Assembly: GCA_951406725.2 (NCBI GenBank)
Contig: OX597816.1
Coordinates: 168,702,001-168,766,000 of the forward strand
Direction: 5' to 3'
Source: Octopus vulgaris
Lineage: Eukaryota
DNA length: 64,000 bases
This document shows, piece by piece, positions 54,272-64,000 of this stretch. The position numbers and the translations under genes are program-made. A model generated the notes under the pieces. That model made no database searches. It was given only the letters and a program-made list of their open reading frames with translations, and was not told the DNA's origin. The stretch's first letter is position 1, and each line of letters begins with the position of its first letter.

Positions 54272-54469
54272 CAGGAGTGGCTGTAACTAAGCATTCAATT
54301 CTTCAGTTGATATTAAACTTTTTGACAAAGGCTTTAACTTCTAAGTTAAAAGGTATATACCTATCGATCTTGCATAGGTTATTCGTCTTTGACAGCATTT
54401 TTAAATCCAGCAGCTGAAACATTTGGCCCTTATTCAACCACTTCATCAAACAAATAAATAATGGCCTAC

Positions 54470-54613
54470 CTTTCCGACACCTGTTGATCCTGTGAAGGAA
54501 ATGGTTGCTATTTTAGGGCTTTCACAGAGGAGCTTTCCTACAGTGGGAGTTTTCTCTCTGGAAGATGTCACAACATTAACAACTCCAGCCGGAACACCTG
54601 CTTCTTCTGCAAG
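54470..54613 (-). CDS. ALDH5A1: SSADH coding exon, 144 bp (exon 5 equivalent)
   Basis: AG/GT boundaries; LAEEAGVPAGVVNVV...ISFTGSTGVGK (NAD-binding FTGST motif). Confidence 0.95.
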
Positions 54614-55047
54614 CTGAATAATAAAAAAAAAAAAAGAGGAAAAAAGCAATAGAAATAAAATGCAGGCAAAAATAGGATAATTTTAATCCTTACGCAGAGA
54701 TTAACTAGTATAAAACGGACCCTACAATAAGTGAGCAATTCTAAATAATGCATACAATAAGAAACTTCATGAAATCTTTGTCAGTTTACAGGTGAAACCA
54801 ATGACATCTTCTGCACAACATCTTTTCAATTCTCTTATAGCTGTTTTATCTTCTACACATAATAGTTATCCTGAAGGCCTGATGTTAAAAGTTGAAGCAG
54901 AAGCATATTTATTCAATTGCAGCTCATAGTTATAACAATTATCAGAAATGTACTGGTGGCATAATTATTAAATCCTTAAAATCCTTAAAAATGTTTTAGC
55001 CCGAAGGCCACGGCCATGCTGGGGCACCACCGCTGAAAGAAAGGGAA

Positions 55048-55166
55048 TTCTTACAGCACCTAGGTTTCCCAAGCGGTCACCCATCTAAGTACTAACTAGG
55101 CTCGATGTTGCTTAACTTCGGTAATCAGACGAGAACCGGTGCTTTCAATGTGATATGGCCGTAAGC
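55048..55166 (-). pseudogene. Full-length 5S rRNA-derived sequence, the head of a chimeric retroposon (54970-55166)
   Basis: GCTTACGGCCATATCAC...GAAGTTAAGCAAC...AGTACTTAGATGGGTGACCG...GGTGCTGTAAG; box A and box C recognisable; CpG decay; no T4 terminator directly after the 5S part. Confidence 0.92.
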
Positions 55167-55209
55167 CATATCACGTTTATTATTTTTATATAAATCTTTG
55201 ATATGTCAG

Positions 55210-55212
<3 letters not shown>

Positions 55213-55240
<28 letters not shown>

Positions 55241-55533
55241 TTAACGTCCGTTTTCCATGCTAGCATGGGTTGGACGGTTCAACTGGGGTCTGGGAAGCCA
55301 GAAGGCTGCACCAGGCTCCAGTCTAATCTGGCAGTGTTTCTACAGCTGGATGCCCTTCCTAACGCCAACCACTCCGTGAGTGTAGTGGGTGCTTTTTACA
55401 TGCTACCGGCACGGGAGCCAGTCAAGGCGGCGCTGGCATCAGCCGCGTTCAGATGGTGCTTTTTACATGCCACCGGCACAGGGACCACAACTACAATTTC
55501 CATTGATTTTTTATGTTGATGTACTTGACTCAA
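55213..55533 (-). mobile_element. RTE 3' UTR fragment (family D)
   Basis: Matches 45740-46117. Confidence 0.85.
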
Positions 55534-56003
55534 TATATTATAACTTAAATGGTAAAAAAGGAGCAAAATGGTCTTTTTAAAATATCATTCCACTTAGTTC
55601 CTAGCACATGAAGACTACATTTCCACTGATATTACTTGCATATAAAGAAAAATTACAACAGTATTACTAGTTAATATAATTTACACTCCATTGATTTAGA
55701 TTACTCTTCTACAGTATCTGGCAGTACTAAATAAAAAACCATATATACTTGATTAATAGTCGATCTCATGTAAAATTCAACACCCTATTTTTGGTCCAAA
55801 AATTGAGAATTCTCCATAGACTCCTTATAAAAGTCGACCCTGGTATTTCACGAATAACAGGACAACATTTGTGGGTCAAGGTACCATATTATCCTGTACA
55901 TAGAATTAACACTGTTACAAAATTGTGTGGCTACCTCACTGTAGTCTGCTCTATAGGTGGAATGCTGGGTGCTTATAGTAAAACACCATTTAGTAGCGAG
56001 CAC

Positions 56004-56447
56004 GGATCTCTTCGGTTTGAACGGCAGTTTTTTCTAGCGGTGTCATATGAAATTGTCACCCATAATTATGACCCTAGAATTGATCTATTGCATTTCAAAC
56101 TCTTTTGGGGTTAGGGTTAGTTAGGGTTAGGGTTAGTTAGGGTTAGGGTGGGAGAAGGGTATCTTTTTTTCTTCACAAATGTAAATAAACCCAATCTGTT
56201 TCTTAAACGAGGGACATATTCATACGGCACAGAATGTTTTTTTTACCTCAATAGACGTCAGTGATTGGTTGAAATTGCAGAAATTGAAGAAAGGAAAACA
56301 ACAAATATCTTACAAACTATAGAATTTTCTCAATAAAGCCAAGAGAAAAAGATGTTTTATAAACACATTCTACCAGTATACGAAGTTAAAAATTTTTTAG
56401 TTACCTAGAAATTATGTTAAAAACTGCCGTTCAAACCGAAAAGATCC
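56004..56447 (+). mobile_element. Third full copy of the TTAGGG-bearing MITE (expanded TTAGGG/TTAG tract)
   Basis: Same TIRs; imperfect 8-bp TSD GCGAGCAC/ATGAGCAC. Confidence 0.88.
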
Positions 56448-56817
56448 ATGAGCACTACGCATCTGTTGATGGGTGCTACATCAGCATTACTAAAATGTAT
56501 GCACAGGATATGTTGCAAGCCTGCATACTTTTCAAGCGCAATAAACACATGCATCATACACTCATTTACATGGTAAGAAACATGTTTCGCACACAGCACT
56601 CTTGGCGAACACTGGCAAGTGCCACTGTCATACGAAGTATGACTTTGATAAGCCTCAAAACATTTACTTAATCGCTAGATCCGTGGTTTCCATGCAACCC
56701 TCATATTTTACTAAGACATGTGTTTTAATGCATAGATTTGGTAATATAATCATAATTCATTATGTTTTTGTTTTAATTCACTTACAGATCCCACTTCTGA
56801 CAAGCATCTTTTTTAAA

Positions 56818-56857
56818 TGGTGGTGCCCCAGCATGGCCACAGCTCGTGAGCTGAAGC

Positions 56858-56888
<31 letters not shown>

Positions 56889-56896
56889 AGATAAGA
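56818..56896 (+). mobile_element. Isolated LINE/SINE 3' stem-loop tail with (GATAA)n
   Basis: GGTGGTGCCCCAGCATGGCCACAGCTC-GT-GAGCTG. Confidence 0.7.
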
Positions 56897-56899
56897 TCA

Positions 56900-57123
56900 G
56901 TTGGGCTTCTGCTGGCAGAACCGTTAGCACACGGGGCGAAATGCTTACCAGTATTTCGTCTGCTGCTACGTTCTAAGTTCAAATTCTGCCGAGGTCGACT
57001 TTGCCTTTCATCCTTTCGGGGTCGATAAATTAAGTACCAGTTATGCACTGGGATCGATGTAATCGACTTAATACCTATGTTTGTCCCCTCTATGTTTAGC
57101 CCCTTGTGGGTAATAAAGAAATA
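56900..57123 (+). mobile_element. SINE family B
   Basis: Family similarity. Confidence 0.88.
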
Positions 57124-57434
57124 GGTACTTCAGATTCTAGCTTGAATTTCAGCCCCTCAAAAGTAGTATCTATGTAATACTTGACCCCATGTATTTGACA
57201 TAAAAAATGCCATAAAAATTCGACTTTTACACATGTATAAATGGTAATACTATTAACAAGTGACAGTAGCATAGTTTTATAACATAACTAAAGATCTAGT
57301 CACAATATATCAAATCTATACAATGATTTCATAAAAAAAATACACACCTACCGTCATCCCAAAATTAAGAAAGAATATCAAAGAAAAATGACATTTTGTA
57401 GTGTTGTAAACCACTTCTCAGGTCTTATTCTTAC

Positions 57435-57551
57435 CTGACAAAGAGCAAGAGCAGACAAGGGTGTATCTTCAGCAGGTTTTATAACTGTAGTGCAACCAAC
57501 AGCCAGCAGTGCTCCGAGCTTCCGGGTGATCATTGCAATGGGAAAATTCCA
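57435..57551 (-). CDS. ALDH5A1: SSADH coding exon, 117 bp (exon 4 equivalent)
   Basis: AG/GTAAG boundaries; [39 protein letters not shown] (ALDH PWNFP and KPAE motifs); in frame with neighbouring exons. Confidence 0.95.
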
Positions 57552-57915
57552 CTAGGAAGATTTAAATACAAGAATACATAAATTTTGGCCCTTTTCTCTA
57601 AACCTAATTTGCTGAAATTTAAACAATGGGTCAAATAATATATGAAAGAGTTATGTTATAAAGTCAGTTAAAATTCATCAACTATCAATCAGTATGATAA
57701 ACACTCTCTGTACAATTATAAAATTATCTATTTTTCCCTGAAGTCGAAATATTTAGCAAATGGTCCCATCTATGATTATTTGTTGAGACTAAGGAAAAAC
57801 TGCATCATGTTAGAGTCATAGAAATTATTAAAAATATGCATGTACATTGCAGTATTCACTTTTAATTTATCATTCTTTCATAATTATATATTCAACAATG
57901 TATAAGTATCAAAGT

Positions 57916-58212
57916 GTGAAGGCACAATGTCCCAGTTTTTAGGGCAGCGGACTCGCGGTTTCTTTCCCAGACTGGCCATTGTGAGTGTTTATTGAGCGAA
58001 AACACCTAAAACTTCCACGAGGCTCTGGTAGGCAGTGGTGGCAATCCCTGCTGTACTCTTTCGCCACAACTTTCTCTCGCTCTTTCGTCTGTTGGCCTGC
58101 TTGCTTAGCCAGCAGGGTGGCATTATTTGATGGCTAAAACAATGTGAAGCGCATTGTGACTAGCGATGTGTAGCATAATCTGATAGCCCGGTCGGTCAAG
58201 GTGATCACAGTG
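57916..58212 (+). mobile_element. SINE head family C with tail type 3
   Basis: Head matches 12148; distinct tail; TSD ATAAGTATCAAAGT. Confidence 0.85.
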
Positions 58213-58576
58213 ATAAGTATCAAAGTGAGTGACCAAATCATAAATGTACCACGAAAGACATGAATATTTAATAATATATCATTACAAAATACAATGTGAA
58301 AAAAGCCAATACATTATTGTATACAAGCTGTAAAGCTTGCAATGACTCAACAACAACACAATATATTCTTTATTATAACTTTAGAGAATGAAAGAACCAA
58401 AGCAGATCGTAGTTTTCACAACTGGATATCAGACATGATTGCAAAGCAATCATGTAGTTTCAGGTTCACTCCCACTGCACAGCACCTTGGGTAAATGTAC
58501 ACTGTTATAGCTCAAGGCTGACTAATGTTTTATGAGTGCATTTAGTAGACAGAAATTGTACAAAGTTCAGCATATA

Positions 58577-59490
58577 TGAGGGGGTACTCAAAAGAAACCG
58601 GAAATTTGCAGAATATTATTTTATTCACTTAGTTTTACATGTTTATACTTTTGTTGCCTTCAAAGTATTCTCCACTTGAAGCAATGCACCGGTCCATAAG
58701 TGTTTTCCACTGTTCAAAGTAGTGTTGGAACTCTTCCGAGGTGATGCCTTTTAATGCCTCTGTAATTTTTTTTTTTCTTTCACCTCTATCACATCTGCAA
58801 ATTCCATAGCCCCATCTTTCACCACCAACAATGACCTTCAGAAAAAGGTCCAGATCAACTTTCAACTGTTCTTTCGGTTAACGATACACATTCAGTCATG
58901 ACTGATTTTTATCTTTTGTGAGCAAGTGATGCACAAATTTAGCTGCAACTCATTTCATTCCCAATTCCTCACTCAAAATTCGTTGGCAGGAACTTCAGGA
59001 CACATCAGATGTATCAACAAGTTCGTTAATTGTTTGGTGATGGTTCTCCACAATCAGTTCATGAATTTTCATGATGTTTTCATTTGTTCAGGAGGTCGAC
59101 GATCACTCTGAATGAGGTTGGTCCTCAAGCAACAAGTGACCATTCCTAAAGCATTGAAACCACTCGGAAACTTGTGTTTTGCTCATGACAGCAGCCTTGT
59201 AAGCTGTTTGAAGCATGACAGCTGTTTCAGTCACTGTTTTCCACAGCAGAAAATAGTACTTCATGATAGCACACTTGTCCTTTTGTTTCAGTCATCACAA
59301 AACTCAATGAACTGGGAAGAAACACTGTGAAACGAAAGCACACCAGGTGGCAGTATGATCCCATCAGACAATGCCAGCTGGCAGACTGATGCTTGAGGGC
59401 TGCACTAAGTGGCTTCTAGTGGTGGAAGCCTAAACTACAATGGGTTTGTCCTCCATCGAATGTTACTGGCTACTTTTGAGTACTCCCTCA
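58577..59490 (-). mobile_element. Internally deleted mariner
   Basis: TIRs TGAGGGGGTACTCAAAAG / CTTTTGAGTACTCCCTCA; C-terminal FQHYFEQWKTLMDRCIASSGEYFEG. Confidence 0.85.
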
Positions 59491-59534
<44 letters not shown>

Positions 59535-59539
<5 letters not shown>

Positions 59540-59855
59540 TCACTTAACGTCCGTTCTCCATGCTAGCATGGGTTGGATGATTCGACCGGGATCTGGGAAG
59601 CCAGGAGGCTGCACCAGGCTCCAGTCTGATCTGGCAGTGTTTCTACAGCTGGATGCCCTTCTTAACGCCAACCACTCCATGAGTGTAGTGGGTGCTTTTT
59701 ACGTGCCACCGGCACGGAAGCCAATCAAGGCGGCGCTGGCATCGGCCACGTTCGGATGGTGCTTTTTACGTACCACCGGCACAGGGATCACAACTACAAT
59801 TTCCATTGATTTTTGATGTTGGTGTACTTGACTCAATGGATCTCCTCAAGCACAG
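59535..59855 (-). mobile_element. RTE 3' UTR fragment (family D)
   Basis: Family similarity. Confidence 0.85.
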
Positions 59856-59946
59856 GGTCAAAACAGTGTTTCTTTACTTGCCACCTGCACAGGAGTCAGT
59901 TCAGCAGCACTGGCAACTGCCACGTGCCAGATATAGGATTAGTTCA

Positions 59947-59982
<36 letters not shown>

Positions 59983-60041
59983 AATATCAATTTATATATA
60001 TATATAATAAATATCAATTTATATATATATATAATAAATAT

Positions 60042-60075
<34 letters not shown>

Positions 60076-60079
<4 letters not shown>

Positions 60080-60458
60080 CAGTATCACCCGGCGTTGCTC
60101 AGGTTTGTAAGGGAAATAACTATAAAGCATTTTTAGAGAGTTATAGCCAAAAAATAGCAAAAAAATGGGAAAAAATGATGGTAAATTTTTTTTTAGTGTT
60201 AAAAAAGGTGGAGTTGCGTCCCCTAGACGGTCTGTGGTTTGGGTTTCTGATTCTCGACCCCATGTCGAATTTATCGATTTTTTTCAGAACTGGGGGAACT
60301 TTTCAAAATTTTCGCTGCGTTAGTTTTGAATTATGACATTGGGCTATGTGTGTGTCAAGTTTCATCAGAATCGGTTGAAAGCCGTGGTCAGAGTGAGGGT
60401 ACGAGAAAACAGACACACAGAAAACACACAGACAAACTGCCGTTTATATAGAGAGAGA
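60076..60458 (-). mobile_element. Non-autonomous Helitron-like element
   Basis: 3' end shared with 62699-63002; 5' TCTCTC..TATATAAACGG. Confidence 0.75.
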
Positions 60459-60659
60459 TATAATGTAAAAACTTACTGTTGACGACCAGGACGTCATTTC
60501 TCTTGCCTATCAATATTTTTTCTCTTCTATTTATTCTATATCCTCTCAGAATTTCTCCCAGGCATTACCCATTACGATTTGTCTTGGCCTAATGGCCCTT
60601 AATGTCTGTCTTCGTCGATTGTATATTTTGTATGTCCACTCTGCTGTCATTTGTTTGTT

Positions 60660-61245
60660 CAAAGCCCTAATATTAATATCGGATTTGTTGCTGGCTCATT
60701 TCAATCCTGCAGCAGAGATCATTGTAGCTTCTGACACTTCTGAATACAGTATAAGAGCAGCAATGCTACACAAATAGAAAGACGGTAATATGAATGCAAT
60801 GGTTCGTGCCTCACATTCTTTGATAGCAGCAGAGAAAATCTATAGTTAAATAAAGAAGCTCTAGTGATCATTTTTGCCATGAAGAAATTTCACAGATTTT
60901 TGCACGGTAGAATTTTTTGGCTATAAATTGATTACTGACCATTATTATTAATTATTGGGTGGGAGAAAGTAATTCCTACCCATATTGCAAATAGGTTACA
61001 ATGCTGGGGTACGATATTGCTGAATTACAACTTTAAGATGGAGTAAATACTATCCAAGAGGTTAGGCCATGCAGATTGTTTATCAAGGCTAATTTCAAAA
61101 AAATATGGAATTATTCGAAGATACCAAGATTGACACACTGTGAGCAGAAAATGAGATAAAACACATTTTGTGTAACATCATTCAAGAGCTGCTGCTAACT
61201 GTCCAAGATATAAAATTAAAACTGGAGAATGACAAATTCATTGCA
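60660..61245 (+). mobile_element. Ty3/Gypsy RNase H remnant
   Basis: LLAHFNP..IIVASDTSEYSI, KKFHRFLHGR, RLQCWG.ILLNYNF, HADCLSRL; many stops. Confidence 0.8.
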
Positions 61246-61247
61246 AA

Positions 61248-62136
61248 GGTGTGGCAAGTAGCTTGCTTACCAACCATATGGTTCCGGGTTCAGTCCCATT
61301 GCATAAAACCGAGGGCAAGTGTCTTCTACTATAGCCTCAGGCCAACCAAAGTCTTGTGAGTGGATTTGATAGACAGAAACTGAAAGAAGCCCATCATGTA
61401 TGTATATATTGTATATATACAGTTGCGGCCAAAATGTTCAGAACGGCATTGTTTTCGTCAGAAAAGTAGGTATAAGTTTTTATCAAAGTTGTTTTATATT
61501 CTATAATTTTCATAGACAATAAATACAATATTAATTGTTATTGCTGAGAAACAGCAGCAGCAGTTTTAAATCTGTCCTTTTTAACCAACTTTACCATAGC
61601 ACGATCTTCTCTCTTGGTCGTTTTTCTTGACCTACCTGTAAACTTTCTTGTTTCACACGAACCACAATCATCGTAGACCTTAAGAATACCGTGTACAACA
61701 CTTTTTGACTTATTAACAATCTTTGCAATAGATCCAACACTTAAATTATCCTTCCTTCGAAGCTTAATAATCTGCTGATGTAACGGAGTAAGTGGCATTA
61801 TATTAACAAAGTACACTGCAAATATTCTTACTAATGTTTAGTAAACGAACCATCATGTAAACAAATTCAAAACATTAGAGTTTGCTGGTTAAATATACTA
61901 AAACACGGAGTAAAAGCAACCGTTCTGATCATTTTAGCCGCCATGGGTTTTGCAGTAAATCACTAAATCATCCATAACTTTTGTATTATCCTCTCAAATT
62001 ACACCAACATCTCAGGCAATAACAAATAATATCGTATTTATTGTCTGTGTAAATTATAGAATATAAAACAACTTTGATAAAAAATTATATCTACTTTTCG
62101 ACTAAAACAATGCCGTTCTGAACATTTTGGCCGCAA

Positions 62137-62190
<54 letters not shown>

Positions 62191-62367
62191 ATAAATACAT
62201 GTGTGTGTGTGTGTTTGTCCCCCTGCCATCTCTTCAGTAAAAGAGACCGATAGAATAAGTACTAGGCTTACAAAGAATAAGTCCTGGGGTTGATTTGTTC
62301 AACTAAGGTGGTGCTCCAACATGGCAGCAGTCAAATGACTGAAACAAATAAAAGAGTAAAAGAGAGT
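61248..62367 (+). mobile_element. SINE family A split by the Tc1 insertion (halves at 61248-61419 and 62140-62367)
   Basis: 5' half precedes and 3' half follows the Tc1 element, which sits in the SINE's TA tract. Confidence 0.85.
61420..62139 (-). mobile_element. Internally deleted Tc1-like element with ~110-bp TIRs and an open N-terminal transposase ORF
   Basis: CAGTTGCGGCCAAAATGTTCAGAACGGC TIRs, TA TSD; ORF 61538-61816 with HTH and GRSRKTT motif. Confidence 0.9.
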
Positions 62368-62394
62368 ATACATATATATATATATATAAATATA

Positions 62395-62665
62395 TGATGC
62401 AATACCAGGCAGTGGCTCTCATGGCTTCTGATCTAAGCTGACTGGAAGTGTTATCATGTACATTGTTTTGTCTTGGTATAAAAGATAGGCTACACTAAAT
62501 ATTCTGCTCAATACCACAGATTTGCTTGTCAGTTGCTTGCCCATAACCAATTAAGCATGTCTTTTAGAGGGTCATGATATGTGCATCTCTGATCACGAGC
62601 AGGAGTAGTGGGGGAACACTATAGCCATGTGTTGAAAGGAATTTGGTGGTGGGGGTTAGAATAAT
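62395..62665 (+). mobile_element. Partial copy of the 13718-14280 retroposon
   Basis: Sequence match over the 5' ~270 bp. Confidence 0.75.
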
Positions 62666-62698
62666 TGAAGAGAACAAAAAAAAATAACTCAGTTGATA

Positions 62699-63002
62699 TC
62701 TTTATATATAAAATTGAAGTTGTGTGTGTGAGACTCTGTCTCCTCTGATTTAGATTCCTTACTCCCACATTTTGCTGTGCAGTTTAACCAAAAGCGGGTA
62801 TCTTATAGTCGTCATTCATATCGAGCTCGTCTGGATATTAGCATGCGTCTACGATGAGTCTACGATTTAAAAAAAAATTTACCATCATTTTTACGCATTT
62901 TTAATGATTTTTGCTCGGGTTATATAAGGGAAGTAACTCTCTAAAAATGTTTATATAGTTATTTCCCTTACAAACCCGAGCAACGCTGGGCAATACTGCT
63001 AG
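62699..63002 (+). mobile_element. Short non-autonomous Helitron
   Basis: A|TC start, CCCGAGCAACGCTGGG hairpin, CTAG|T end; another copy begins at 63884. Confidence 0.85.
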
Positions 63003-63079
63003 TACATTTATAAATGAATTTTATTAATTAACCATTCGTCTAAATAAACAATATTAATAAAGTTCAAAGAAAAACTTAC

Positions 63080-63250
63080 AGGTGTAATGAGTCCTGCTAC
63101 ACCAATTGGCTCTTTCAGTAAAAGGATTCGTCGATCAGTGGCTGTGGGTGGTGCTATATCTCCGTACACACGCTTTGCTTCTTCAGCAAACCACTCAAAG
63201 AAACTTGCTCCATAAGTCACTTCAGTAGCAGCATCTGACAAAGTCTTTCC
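63080..63250 (-). CDS. ALDH5A1: SSADH coding exon, 171 bp (equivalent to human exon 3)
   Basis: AG acceptor at 63251-63252, GTAAG donor; encodes [31 protein letters not shown]...[12 protein letters not shown], a typical SSADH/GabD segment. Confidence 0.95.
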
Positions 63251-63459
63251 CTGTCAGATTGAAGAAATCAATGCAAACACTGTTTTTCTACAATAATTAT
63301 ATTTAGTCACTAATAAATTATGCTCCACTCATCCAAGTCTTAAAAAGGTATTACATTAAAAAAGTATTACATATTTCTATTAATAAGCACTTAGTATCGA
63401 CGTTTATATATTTGTTGTGCAAGATTTTTTATGTGAAGTCGTGTGTTGAAACAGACATT

Positions 63460-63719
63460 GTTGTATTTCGGAATGGTCATTTTGCCAGTTTAGCCAATAA
63501 AAACACACGCACTATATATTTGTTGTTACTTTGCTTCAGTGTTATTTATTTTTTTACATTAATCTTAATCTTATTTCGGCCAGAGTTCTTTCGTCACACT
63601 CCTGTGACCACATCAGTGGTCCTTTGTTTTCTTCTTTCTCTGAAGCAAAGTAATACCAAATATATAGTGCGTATGTTTTTATTGGCTAAACTGGCAAAAT
63701 GACCATTCCGAAATACAAC
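63460..63719. repeat. Fold-back (~80-bp arms) of Penelope-terminus type, with a hammerhead-like motif in the loop
   Basis: Arms 63460-63539 and 63640-63719; minus strand GGACCA-CTGATGTG-GTCAC-AGGAGT-GTGAC-GAAAGAACTC-TGGCC at 63578-63622. Confidence 0.75.
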
Positions 63720-63883
63720 TTAGTATTGAATGTTCATAAAAATAGATGAATACTTCTGAAGAATTTTGGTCCTTAAGAATCATGAGCACTTGTAACAGCA
63801 TTTTATGTCCTGGGTTAATTTACTTTCTACTGTTCCAGGGTTGATAAATTAAATTAACACAGTCAAGAACTGGGTCAATTTAA

Positions 63884-64000
63884 TCTTTATATATAAAAGT
63901 CAAATTGTGTGTCTGTCTCCTACGATTTAGATTCCTAACTACTCCCACATTTTGCGGTGCAGTTTAACCAAAAGCGGGTATCTTATAGTCGTGATTCATA
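63884..64000 (+). mobile_element. Helitron 5' part, truncated by the window edge
   Basis: Matches 62699-62820. Confidence 0.8.

Larger units (their letters stand above)
55738..57246. mobile_element. pogo/Tc2-like non-autonomous element hosting nested insertions
   Basis: Degenerate termini CCATATATACTTGATTAATAGTCGA ... TCGACTTTTACACATGTATAAATGGTA. Confidence 0.55.

Noticed and set aside
55048-55166. Functional 5S rRNA gene
   Set aside because: Solitary and intronic; helix II disrupted by CpG decay; box C substitution; no immediate T-run terminator; fused to a retroposon tail.
56105-56150. True telomere or chromosome-fusion scar
   Set aside because: The short TTAGGG tracts are internal to MITE copies.

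Overview
Eukaryotic, repeat-dense genomic DNA; the SINE/MITE repertoire and the 5S sequence point to an octopus-like cephalopod (inference). The only host gene found is a minus-strand mitochondrial succinate-semialdehyde dehydrogenase (ALDH5A1/SSADH): 8 coding exons with GT-AG boundaries from 63250 down to the stop at 18901. The 5' exons lie beyond the window. The introns and the downstream region contain CR1, RTE, R4/Dong-like, CRE-like and Penelope retroelements, a Gypsy remnant, mariner/Tc1, piggyBac, hAT, pogo and Helitron derivatives, several SINE families, a ~3.6 kb (TA)n tract and a 100-N gap. Most notable: a 5S rRNA head fused to a LINE-type stem-loop tail (candidate SINE3-like element), hammerhead ribozyme motifs in Penelope termini, inverted SINE pairs bracketing single exons, a long hairpin near the 3' end of the gene, a dimeric 62-bp array inside an RTE 3' UTR, a telomere-repeat-bearing MITE, and extra cysteines beside the SSADH catalytic loop. 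Exon coordinates were read exactly; repeat boundaries are approximate unless TSDs or TIRs are cited.
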